Below, piece after piece: positions 7,763-15,429 of a stretch of DNA of 64,000 bases (its first letter is position 1; each line of letters starts with the position of its first letter). Where the stretch lies: the NCBI GenBank assembly GCA_035477215.1, contig DATIKU010000036.1, positions 3,265 through 67,264 on the forward strand. Direction: 5' to 3'. The DNA is from Spirochaetota bacterium. Lineage in GTDB: Bacteria > Spirochaetota > UBA4802 > UBA5368. The translations under genes and the position numbers were made by a program. The notes beneath the pieces are model-generated. The model saw only the letters and a program-made list of their open reading frames with translations, did no database searches and was not told the origin of the DNA.

Positions 7763-8508
7763 GCGGTCTTGCTTCCCGGCCTGCGGTCCGGCACCACCAG
7801 CACGGCGCTCATGCGCGAGATCCTGAACGTGCGCTCCTCCCCGCGAAGGCGGCAAAAGCCCGTCATATACGCCTCACCGCGGTACGACAGTACGCGAAGC
7901 GGCCTCACCCAGCGCCGCGTGGAGTTTAACCGCCTGTCCTCGTAATCGAACGCCACCCAATGACCGCGCTGTATGGCGATCTCGATGACGAAGGCGAGCT
8001 CCGAGGACTTCGATTCGATGGGAAAGGCCTTCGTCATGTCCGCGTCCGGCTCCGCCCCGGGCTCCGTGGCCGCCGCGCGCCGGGCCCTGCCGGAGGAAGG
8101 AGCGGGCGCCTTCCGGCTCTTCTCCCCGGCGGGCGGATGCGCACCCGACCTGGCGGCCGCCGAAACACGCACCGCAACCGCCTCCTCCTTCATCTCGCGC
8201 TCGAGGCGCTCGCGCCGCAGGGCGCGGAGCGCGAGCTCGCTTTTTACCAGCAGACGCACCAACAGACCCAGCGTAAGGTAGAGTGACGCCTCGCTCCAGG
8301 CGATAAACTCGAACTCCGGATACGTCGGAAGATATATTCCGTGCCGGTTGACCCAGTGGTCCGTCACCGCGGCGACAAGGTCGAACGCGCCTCCCGCCAC
8401 CTCGCATGCGGAGGCGTAGAGCGCGCTCCAGCCCGGAAACGCGTTTTCGACGACGCAGGCGGTGTTGAACGCCATGAAGCCTGTCAGCAGCCAGTGGCTC
8501 TTTTTCAT
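7759..8508 (-). CDS. Membrane-associated WYL-domain protein (N-terminal hydrophobic segments, coiled/low-complexity linker, C-terminal WYL)
   Basis: 249 aa. N-terminal hydrophobic stretches HWLLTGFMAFNTACVV, WSALYASACEVAGGAFDLVAAV, FIAWSEASLYLTLGLLVRLLV. C-terminus HWVAFDYEDRRLNSTRRWVRPLRVLSYRGEAYMTGFCRLRGEERTFRISRM matches the WYL-domain pattern. Its stop overlaps the helicase stop (convergent). Confidence 0.65.
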   Translation of the reverse strand: MKKSHWLLTGFMAFNTACVVENAFPGWSALYASACEVAGGAFDLVAAVTDHWVNRHGIYLPTYPEFEFIAWSEASLYLTLGLLVRLLVKSELALRALRRERLEREMKEEAVAVRVSAAARSGAHPPAGEKSRKAPAPSSGRARRAAATEPGAEPDADMTKAFPIESKSSELAFVIEIAIQRGHWVAFDYEDRRLNSTRRWVRPLRVLSYRGEAYMTGFCRLRGEERTFRISRMSAVLVVPDRRPGSKTA

Positions 8509-8538
8509 GTCTCCTCCTCCGCGGCGGGATACGGTGAC

Positions 8539-8832
8539 TCACTCCGCTTTCGGTCCTATGTACAGGTAACAGCGCGCGTCGGGATTCGATATCCGCACGG
8601 TGCAGGGCGCGCCGAACTGCGCGTGCAGTACGAACTCCTCCGTGTTGCCGCTCTCGGAACCGGCGTACAGGCGCGTGAGCGGGGCCGAGAGGCCCTGCGT
8701 CACGCGCCACTCGAAGCTGGTGACGCCGGCCAGGAGTATCGACTGTCCCATTCCCGCGCGAAGGCGGTATCCATACTCTTTCTTCAAGATGTGAATGTCG
8801 GTTGCGCCGGTAAGTATGATGTCGTGGCACAT
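8539..8832 (-). CDS. Small hypothetical protein (about 97 aa, beta-rich); start uncertain (ORF open to 8934)
   Basis: Lies between the two WYL genes on the same strand. ATG 8832 (MCHDIILTG...) has GGAGG 9 nt upstream, whereas ATG 8841 has the SD directly abutting it. I recognise no family. Confidence 0.5.
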   Translation of the reverse strand: MCHDIILTGATDIHILKKEYGYRLRAGMGQSILLAGVTSFEWRVTQGLSAPLTRLYAGSESGNTEEFVLHAQFGAPCTVRISNPDARCYLYIGPKAE

Positions 8833-9030
8833 CTCGTTCATCCTCCGTGACGCGGGGTCCGCGGGGTCCCCGAACGTAATGGTACTTGAGACGGGCGCGG
8901 CGGACCGATTATCGGTTTTTTTTCGAATGACCATGCCGCCGGCACCATTCCCTGTGCATCGCGTCCGCCATCCGGCGCGGAAGCCGTGGGCCGCCTCACG
9001 ACGACGCGCTCAACGGACGCGCGGTACTTC

Positions 9031-9058
9031 CATTATTGAAATGAGTACGCCAATAATG
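9031..9058. promoter_or_regulatory. Candidate operator: 8-bp inverted repeat CATTATTG-N12-CAATAATG in an AT-rich patch
   Basis: Read directly: cattattg (9031-9038) ... caataatg (9051-9058). It lies in the 193-bp gap between the WYL regulator stop (9128) and the downstream small gene. WYL regulators commonly bind inverted repeats. Confidence 0.3.
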
Positions 9059-9127
9059 CGGAAAACGCGGAGGGAATGGTACACCTTCGAGGTCGAGGTT
9101 TAAAAAACAGGCGCAGGCGCAAAGCGG

Positions 9128-10054
9128 TCAGCGGGCGCGCCGGTACACCGAAGAGCTCTCTTTGAGCATCTGGACCATGGTCTTGCGCAGTTCGGGCGGC
9201 TCGAGGATCTCCACGTTTCTTCCGTACAGGAAGAGCTGCTTGCAGAGGAAGCGATCGTCCGAGACGGTGAAAGAGGCGCGGTAGTGGTGTTCGCCGTCGG
9301 GGCGGATGTCCGGGTCGAGAATGGAGAGGTTTTCCTCCATCGTGCCGAGGAGCTTTTCGTGGAAGCGAAGGGCCACGGCGTATTTCGGGCCGATGAACGA
9401 GCCCAGCGAATCGCGGAAGACCTCCTCTACCGGCGGGGCGTCCTCGGGGAACTCGTCGTCGAGCACGGCAAGAGCGTTGATCCGGTTGAAGATAAAGAGC
9501 GCGGTGACGTTATGCGTGAGGCTTCTGCACACCAGGTACAGGTTGTTGTTGCGGAACACCAGGTGATACGGGTGCACGCGGTAGCGCCGCGGCTCGCTCG
9601 CCGCGGCCGGGGTGTAGTCGAACTCCATCTTCTTTTTTAATAATGCGGCGAAGTAGACGCGGGCCAGCATCCACAGGCCGTCCTCCGGATGGCGCGCGAT
9701 GAGCTTACGCAGTATAATGTCGCGGCCCGTGTCCGCGGTCACGAAACCCGAATAGACCGCGGCCATGCGGAGCTGGAGCTCCTCGCCGAGCGGGATGCGG
9801 AGCCCCGTGTGCCGCTTGCCCTTTTCGGTGGCGACCTCTATTCCGAAATCGTTTACCAGGTACTTCTGGATATAGTCGCGCACGGCCTTGTCGGTGATGG
9901 GGTCGCGCGGCTCGTCCATGGAGAGCAGGTCGGCGAGGCTTCCGGCGTTCCACTGCACCGTATCCGAAGGATTCTGCAGAAGCGCCAGCACGTGCAGGCA
10001 GCGCTTGATGACGCCGAGCCGGGTTTCGGGATTGGGGATGGGAGCGTCTTTCAT
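9128..10054 (-). CDS. HTH-WYL-WCX transcriptional regulator (BrxR/CapW/PafBC-like architecture)
   Basis: 309 aa from ATG 10054 (GAGAGGAG SD upstream). N-terminal wHTH-like LGVIKRCLHVLALLQNP...LADLLS. WYL core RRYRVHPYHLVFRNNNLYLVCRSLTHNVTALFIFNRINALAVL. C-terminal extension. The track ORF start (10222) reads through a palindromic repeat. Confidence 0.75.
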   Translation of the reverse strand: MKDAPIPNPETRLGVIKRCLHVLALLQNPSDTVQWNAGSLADLLSMDEPRDPITDKAVRDYIQKYLVNDFGIEVATEKGKRHTGLRIPLGEELQLRMAAVYSGFVTADTGRDIILRKLIARHPEDGLWMLARVYFAALLKKKMEFDYTPAAASEPRRYRVHPYHLVFRNNNLYLVCRSLTHNVTALFIFNRINALAVLDDEFPEDAPPVEEVFRDSLGSFIGPKYAVALRFHEKLLGTMEENLSILDPDIRPDGEHHYRASFTVSDDRFLCKQLFLYGRNVEILEPPELRKTMVQMLKESSSVYRRAR

Positions 10055-10172
10055 TTCGGCTCCTCTCTGTTTTTGTCGCATGGTAGCGGACACCCGCGGG
10101 AAACGCAACACTTTTTGCGGCTGAACGAAATCCCTCCGGCGGAGCGGGTACATTAAATCCCAAGCGTGCGCG

Positions 10173-10289
10173 GTCATTGCGAGGAGGCCGCGGGCCGACG
10201 TGGCGATCTCAAAGGACAACACGTCGATTCATGGAGCATCCGCTATAAAGAGATTGCCACGCCCCGATGAGACAGGGGCTCGCAATGAC
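10173..10289. repeat. About 117-bp palindromic (hairpin-forming) intergenic element, copy 1
   Basis: GTCATTGCGAG (10173-10183) pairs perfectly with CTCGCAATGAC (10279-10289). The inner arms CGTGGCGATCTC / GAGATTGCCACG pair with one G-U position. Same arm sequences as 27103-27216. Confidence 0.8.
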
Positions 10290-10629
10290 AGGGTATTCCC
10301 GTAACACTTAACGCTCCATAACGGCCGGGGAGTGCAATGGCACAGCGCTACCGCGACCCCCGGGCGTTAAATCACAACACCGGCGGAGCGGGACTGACCG
10401 CCTCATCTCCCCCGGAAGCTTTTAACATCAAACTTTTTCCCAGGTAGACCGCGAAGGTAGAGCTCCCCGGAGCCTCTTCGGCTATATTCGGTACATACAG
10501 ACAGTCGCTGGCGGCACCCCGGCGACCTTCCATCCGTATGCCGGGGTGCCGTCCTCTTTCCCGCGCAGAAAGGCGCGGCACTCTCCGTTCGGCCCGCCGG
10601 GTGACCGGATGGATACGCCAGGAGGCGGC

Positions 10630-11088
10630 ATGGAAAAACAGGACCGCACCACCACAACGCGCGACGGGTCCCCGGCCAAAATCCCCGAGGCTCAGGACAC
10701 GGAAGCGCGCGGAGGGCCGCACCGGAGCGAAAGCGAAGGCCCCGTCAGGAACGACACAGGGAGCCTGCCTGCCCGAAAGCACACCGCCGGAGAGCTTTTC
10801 AATATCGACGAGTTCAGGCTACAGTCGTGGAAAAACAGCGAGTCTTACCGTTCGGCGCTTAACAGCGTGCTCGCGAGTCTCGCGCAGACGAGCTCGGACA
10901 TCCTGTCGGCCTGCTTCGGTATGGCCCTCGCGGGCCAGTGGAGAGAGTGGGACGCTACCGTTTCCGTGGGCACGGAGATCGCCATCGACGACGAAATGCT
11001 CATGGACACCGGGGACAAAACGATCACGGCGCTCATAAAGCTCAAGCAGCGGATAGATGATTTTCTTGAGGTTTGTCCGCCCCCGTGA
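10630..11088 (+). CDS. Hypothetical protein (disordered N-terminus, structured C-terminal about 100 aa)
   Basis: ATG 10630 is preceded by AGGAGG with a 4-nt spacer. The C-terminal part (ELFNIDEFRLQSWKNSESYRSALNSVLASLAQ...IKLKQRIDDFLEV) has protein-like composition. No family recognised. The upstream part of the track ORF (10546-) is R/P/G-rich and doubtful. Confidence 0.4.
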   Translation: MEKQDRTTTTRDGSPAKIPEAQDTEARGGPHRSESEGPVRNDTGSLPARKHTAGELFNIDEFRLQSWKNSESYRSALNSVLASLAQTSSDILSACFGMALAGQWREWDATVSVGTEIAIDDEMLMDTGDKTITALIKLKQRIDDFLEVCPPP

Positions 11089-11104
11089 GCAGCCATGCAA
11101 CCGA

Positions 11105-11456
11105 TCAGCCTTCGTTACGGTCGATCTCGCGTAGAATTTTGGACAGGACACCTCTCAGGGGCGGCAGATCTTCTTTTATGGTATTCCAGAGAATCCTCAT
11201 TTGGATACCGAAATACTCATGGGTAACCTTGTCCCTCATGCCGGCCATGCTGCGCCATGGCACCATCGGTTACGCCTAACGGAGATCGTCCCGCACCTTT
11301 TTCGCCGCCTCGCCGATAATCTGTATCGCGCGCACGGTCGCGTAGATGGTCTTGCGGTCCGCGATAAATTCGTCGTACGTCATCGCGCCGGTAAAATCAT
11401 TATCGCATCGATCGAATCGATGATGTCCTGGATGTAATCACTCGCGCTCCTTCCGG
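11105..11456 (-). pseudogene. Decayed HepT (DUF86) toxin gene: one frameshift plus in-frame TAG and TAA
   Basis: My manual minus-strand translation gives DYIQDIIDSIDAIM.., then a frame change to FTGAMTYDEFIADRKTIYATVRAIQIIGEAAKKVRDDLR*A*PMVPWRSMAGMRDKVTHEYFGIQMRILWNTIKEDLPPLRGVLSKILREIDRNEG*. R-x4-H-x-Y is present (RDKVTHEY). Confidence 0.75.
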
Positions 11457-11752
11457 TCACAGGTACACGAACTCTTCGAGGATTCTTCTGCCGATACGGG
11501 GCTTGAGTCCCTCCAGCGTGACGAGATCCACGCTGACGCCCACGGTATTCGACAGGTACTCTTCCATTTCGACGAGCCCGAACAGCCCGAGCGAGGGTTC
11601 CGGACCGAGATCGACAAGAACGTCGAGATCGCTTCCTTCTGCTCGTTGCGTATATACGATCCGAAAACGCCTATGCGTTTAACGTTGTATCTTTCGGACA
11701 GCACCGGAACGGTTTCCCTCAATCGTTCCAGAACAGCGTCCGTCGATTTCAT
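11457..11752 (-). pseudogene. Frameshifted MntA-type nucleotidyltransferase antitoxin gene
   Basis: The ORF reads MKSTDAVLERLRETVPVLSERYNVKRIGVFGSYIRNEQKE, then turns to nonsense. The adjacent frame continues SDLDVLVDLGPEPSLGLFGLVEMEEYLSNTVGVSVDLVTLEGLKPRIGRRILEEFVYL*. The frameshift therefore sits inside the G-S-x-D-x-D motif, near 11640. Confidence 0.8.
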
Positions 11753-11922
11753 CGTGAAAACCTCTCATTATAATCAAGCGCGCCACGGGAAAAGCGGCGA
11801 ACCCGTCTGCCGGCAACGGGAATCCATTCGACCGTCACAGCGCGCGTTCCCAACGGTCTTGTTATGATATAAGCGAATATGCGACCTGTCAAGCCAATCA
11901 TTACGCCACCGCGTTCCAGCCC

Positions 11923-12405
11923 CTATTGTCTACGCCGGCTCACGATGAACCTGCCCGTAAGCTCCCGCATCTCGCCGGCCTAACGGGACGTCTCCGTGCC
12001 GATGGCCGCGGTCTCCCCGGCCAGGGACGAATTGTTCCGCGTGACCCTGTCCACCTCGAGCACGGCGGTGTTGATCTCCCCGATGGCGCGTTTCCGCTCG
12101 CGGCTCGCCGAGGCGTTGGCCGGGGCGCTCGTATGAGGACCGCGCGCGACAGGGCCGCCAGGCGGCGGCTTCCCACGAAAAAGGAGAGCGCCGAGAGAAA
12201 GATGACCAGGAAGCCCGGCATCTCGCGCGGGAGCTCCATGAAGCCGCGCTGGAACTCGTTTATTTGAGAAGGTTTCGGCCAGAAAGTTGTTGAGTGTGGC
12301 GTCCACCACGCGCTGAGAGAAGCCGAACACGGCCACCGCCGCGAAGAAGAGCGCGAACTGTCGGGATTGTCCCGAAAACCAGCGTTTGAGCGTACACGTA
12401 TTCAC
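11923..12405 (-). pseudogene. Chimeric gene debris: MFS-transporter N-terminal remnant (frameshifted) joined to a methyl-accepting chemotaxis protein C-terminal remnant with an in-frame TAG
   Basis: RWFSGQSRQFALFFAAVAVFGFSQRVVDATLNNFLAETF and, in a second frame, MELPREMPGFLVIFLSALSFFVGSRRLA look like an MFS N-terminus. ASASRERKRAIGEINTAVLEVDRVTRNNSSLAGETAAIGTETSR*AGEMRELTGRFIV looks like the end of an MCP signalling domain. Confidence 0.55.
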
Positions 12406-12756
12406 ACGTCTTCACCCCGTCTCATTCAGCACTCGACTTAAACATGACTCCTGCCCCGAACCGATTATTCTTCACCAACGCTGAACCATCGGCCCGGCGC
12501 TGGTTTTGTCCATGGAAAACGGGCGCGGTACACACCTCGAGAACTGCACCATAAAAGGCTAAATAATTTTAATTGACTTTTGTGCAAATGTTTTGTATTC
12601 TATGCAAAATGGCGAATAGTCGTTTTGTCCGGGGAAGATGCTTCCGCCCCTGAGTGTGGCTTCCGATATGTAGCCATATTCCTGGAAGAACCGTGCTTCA
12701 GACAGAGAGGGATTTTCTCTGTATTCAACCCGAATATCAAACATAAGGGGAATAAA

Positions 12757-13629
12757 ATGAAAAAGTATAAAACCGCCATGGGGCTTAATGGTTTTGGCTG
12801 GGCTCACGTCGTATACAATCACCCATATGATTTTGATGCGATCCTGGCCCACGCGGCGAGACTTGGCTTTGACGGTGTTGAATTATTCGGGATGCCTGAT
12901 AACTATCCTGTCGATAATTCAAAACGGCTTGCGCTGAGAAAACGAATTGAAGATCATGGATTGGTTATCGCCAGCATACAATCGCTGCCGGGGGGACTCG
13001 GCAACGGGCATCCCGCGAGTGCTTATTCCATCTGCCGAAAAGACTATGTGGCGTTTATCCAGAACATGTTGGATTTAGCCGTTACGCTCGGCTGTAATGC
13101 GATGGGTGTTTGGGCGGGCGAATTATTCGGCAGCGGCCCCAATGAACAGAGCATCAACTATATGGCGGAGGTCTATACACAGTGCGCCCGACTTGCGGAA
13201 GACGCCGGCATTCCGCTTGTTCTGGAAGCAGAGCCCGTGCAACAGGTTAATACTCCCGAGATCTGGTTTCGGATATTAAAAGCCGCGAACAGTGATCATT
13301 TAAAGGCGCTGTGCGATTTCACACATATCAATATCTTCAGCAAACAGAACCCGTTACCATTGCTTGAAGAGCTCCAACCCTATATCGGTTATCTCCACCT
13401 GGCCGGCAACGACGGCACCTGCACACAGATAGAATCCCGCAGTTCAACCCATCTGGCGTTGACCGAGGGTTCAATGGACTGGAAGTCGATGTTAAATCAA
13501 ATTCTCGACGATGGATATACGGGCTGGCTGGATATCGATGTATGGGAAAACAGGGAACCCTTCAAGGCCACTGAAGAGAGCAAACGCGCACTTGACGCAT
13601 TTTTAGCCGAACGTCAACGGTCAAAGTAA
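12757..13629 (+). CDS. Sugar phosphate isomerase/epimerase (xylose-isomerase-like TIM barrel)
   Basis: 290 aa from ATG 12757 (AAGGGGAATAAA upstream). LNGFGW...FDAILAHAARLGFDGVELFG..., PLVLEAEP, YIGYLHLAGNDG are typical AP-endonuclease-2/xylose-isomerase-like TIM motifs. The gene and its upstream region are visibly AT-richer than the surroundings. Confidence 0.75.
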   Translation: MKKYKTAMGLNGFGWAHVVYNHPYDFDAILAHAARLGFDGVELFGMPDNYPVDNSKRLALRKRIEDHGLVIASIQSLPGGLGNGHPASAYSICRKDYVAFIQNMLDLAVTLGCNAMGVWAGELFGSGPNEQSINYMAEVYTQCARLAEDAGIPLVLEAEPVQQVNTPEIWFRILKAANSDHLKALCDFTHINIFSKQNPLPLLEELQPYIGYLHLAGNDGTCTQIESRSSTHLALTEGSMDWKSMLNQILDDGYTGWLDIDVWENREPFKATEESKRALDAFLAERQRSK

Positions 13630-13740
13630 GGGTTATTCGCTTACGGTTTTTCCTGTTTTCGATGAACTTTTTGATGGCCCGGTAGCCGCATTATGCTGCC
13701 CGCTCGACACGTTCCGGATATTCACCGCTTCGCCGCAAAG

Positions 13741-14268
13741 CGAAAGGTGGGTACGAACGACCATCACCGAATTCAACCGCCTCTACTCGACGGGCTTTGT
13801 GTCGATATTCCAGCTCGCGGATAGGCCGCCTTCCGCAATGCGAGATTCCCGGTCGCCGTCGAGCGGAACATGGAGGCCTGGCAGAAGACCCACGTGTGCT
13901 GGATACTGCCTCTGGCGGCCGCCCTGTACATGGCCGGCACTTCCCCCGCCTCGCTCGCCGGAAGAAGCGACATCCTGCGGCTCATGCTTCGCTCCATCAG
14001 GGAGTGCTTCGCGGCGCTTCACGCCATCGGCGTTCCGGTCACGCCGTCCAAGCTCCGCGTCTTAGAGCTGATGCCCGGGCGCCTCATGCTGAAAGCCCTG
14101 AGATTCGGCATGGCGAGGGCCGACATGGAGTTCCTTGCCGCCCTGCACGTGCGCAACGCCCCGGGCGAGATGAGGCTTCTCGCCGACGGGCTCATGGAGC
14201 TGGTGCGCGGCGCCGGAGTGAAGGCCCCGGCGCTCGAAGCGATACTGGCGCATATTCCCTCGAAATGA
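13741..14268 (+). pseudogene. Ketopantoate-reductase-family (ApbA/PanE-like) C-terminal fragment; N-terminal Rossmann part absent, in-frame TAG at 13822-13824
   Basis: AAFRNARFPVAVERNMEAWQKTHVCWILPLAAALYMAG... resembles the C-terminal domain of 2-dehydropantoate-2-reductase-like proteins. No room or ORF exists for the N-terminal domain after the isomerase stop (13629). Confidence 0.45.
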
Positions 14269-14448
14269 GCGTACGCCCGCCGCACGGGCCTTCCCATCAC
14301 CCCCCGAAAAAAATTTTCCGTTTGACCCGCGGGGGCGCAAAATGTCTTGCGTTTTTACCGCCGGTGCGTTTTTCAATGGTCGTTGCGCACCACCGGCGAC
14401 CGGCCGCACCGGCGCCGCGTTTACTCTCACTCGTCAAAGGACTGTTCC

Positions 14449-15039
14449 ATGGCCGCCGACAACGCCTGCCAGAGCGAGCACGGGCTCTTCATCGCCTCCG
14501 GGTGCCTTCAGTGCGCCGGTAACGAGGAGAGCTGCTGCGCCGAAAGCTACGTTCCGCTTACCATCGCCGACATCTCGGCCATACTCGATCTGGGCTACAC
14601 GCTCGAGGAGGCCGCGCAGGCCGGCGAGTACTACGAGGAATACCTGGACGACGCCGAGTTCTGGTGGCGCGCCGGCATGACCGAAATCGACGGGCGGCTT
14701 TTCCGCCTCACCACGCGCAAGAACGAGCGCGCGCAGTGCGTCTTTCTCCGCAGGGGCCAGGGGTGCGTGCTGGGCGAGCGGCGCCCGCGGGTGTGCAAGA
14801 TATATCCCTTCTGGGTGGACGAAAGCGGCCGGATCGTCGTGGAGCCGGGCGAGGAGGAGTGCTGCCTCATCGCCAAGGGCGCGGTGCCCGTGGAGCGCGG
14901 CATCCGCATGATCGACGAGAGCCCCGAGAGCATCATGGAGCATTTTCTGGCGACAAAGCACGACTGCGAGGAGAACAGGGACCGGCACCGCGAGCTGCTC
15001 GAGCGGCTCCTGGCCGGACGCGAGGCCCGGGCGCTCTAA
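14449..15039 (+). CDS. YkgJ-family (UPF0153) cysteine-cluster protein
   Basis: 196 aa from ATG 14449. Cys-rich: GCLQCAGNEESCC ... AQCVFL..GQGCVLGERRPRVCKIYPFWV ... EECCLI, the pattern of the putative Zn/Fe-chelating CxxCxxCC family. Confidence 0.6.
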   Translation: MAADNACQSEHGLFIASGCLQCAGNEESCCAESYVPLTIADISAILDLGYTLEEAAQAGEYYEEYLDDAEFWWRAGMTEIDGRLFRLTTRKNERAQCVFLRRGQGCVLGERRPRVCKIYPFWVDESGRIVVEPGEEECCLIAKGAVPVERGIRMIDESPESIMEHFLATKHDCEENRDRHRELLERLLAGREARAL

Positions 15040-15068
15040 TTTCTTTTCTCAGAGAGGGGAGATGATGT

Positions 15069-15093
15069 GAAGGCCCGCCGGACGCGGGCCTTC
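15069..15093. terminator. GC-rich hairpin between convergent genes (GAAGGCCCGC-CGGAC-GCGGGCCTTC)
   Basis: Perfect 10-bp stem read directly from the sequence. No clear U-tract on either strand, so terminator function is tentative. Confidence 0.4.
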
Positions 15094-15104
15094 GGGGAAC
15101 ACGC

Positions 15105-15215
15105 CTACTCGCGATCCCGGTTCTGCTTTTTCTCCTTCTTCGCCTGTTTCTTTTCCTTGGTGGTCTTCTGAGGTTTCTTCTTCGCTTCCTTCTTGATCTC
15201 GCCCGTTTTAGGCAT
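15105..15215 (-). CDS. Small lysine-rich basic peptide, 36 aa (below the ORF-track cut-off)
   Basis: Manual translation: MPKTGEIKKEAKKKPQKTTKEKKQAKKEKKQNRDRE*. GAGGTG lies 6 nt upstream of ATG 15215, the stop TAG is at 15105-15107, and the hairpin 15069-15093 follows immediately. Confidence 0.45.
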   Translation of the reverse strand: MPKTGEIKKEAKKKPQKTTKEKKQAKKEKKQNRDRE

Positions 15216-15429
15216 CGCTTTCACCTCGCGTTGTGCAAAATGTTCTGATGACGATACACACATGCCCGCCTGTTGTCAAATTATGTTTGCATCGGCGTGC
15301 GAAAAATTCGTTCGCGCGGCGGTCCCCGACACCACGCGCCGACCGGGTATAAATATCCTTGTAATATCGGTCGCCCCCCCTATCATTCCACACGATCGCA
15401 ACGCCAATCGCGCTTTTAAGGAGGACATC

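Noticed and set aside
10055-10222. Upstream extension of the WYL regulator ORF (MLSFEIATSARGLLAMTAHAWDL...)
   Set aside because: This part is a translation of the palindromic repeat 10173-10289. ATG 10054 has a strong SD and starts just before the HTH region.
12559-12852. 97-aa minus-strand ORF overlapping the start of the sugar-phosphate isomerase gene
   Set aside because: It overlaps the well-supported plus-strand gene and its SD, has no motif, and its low-complexity hydrophobic composition reflects AT-rich antisense translation.
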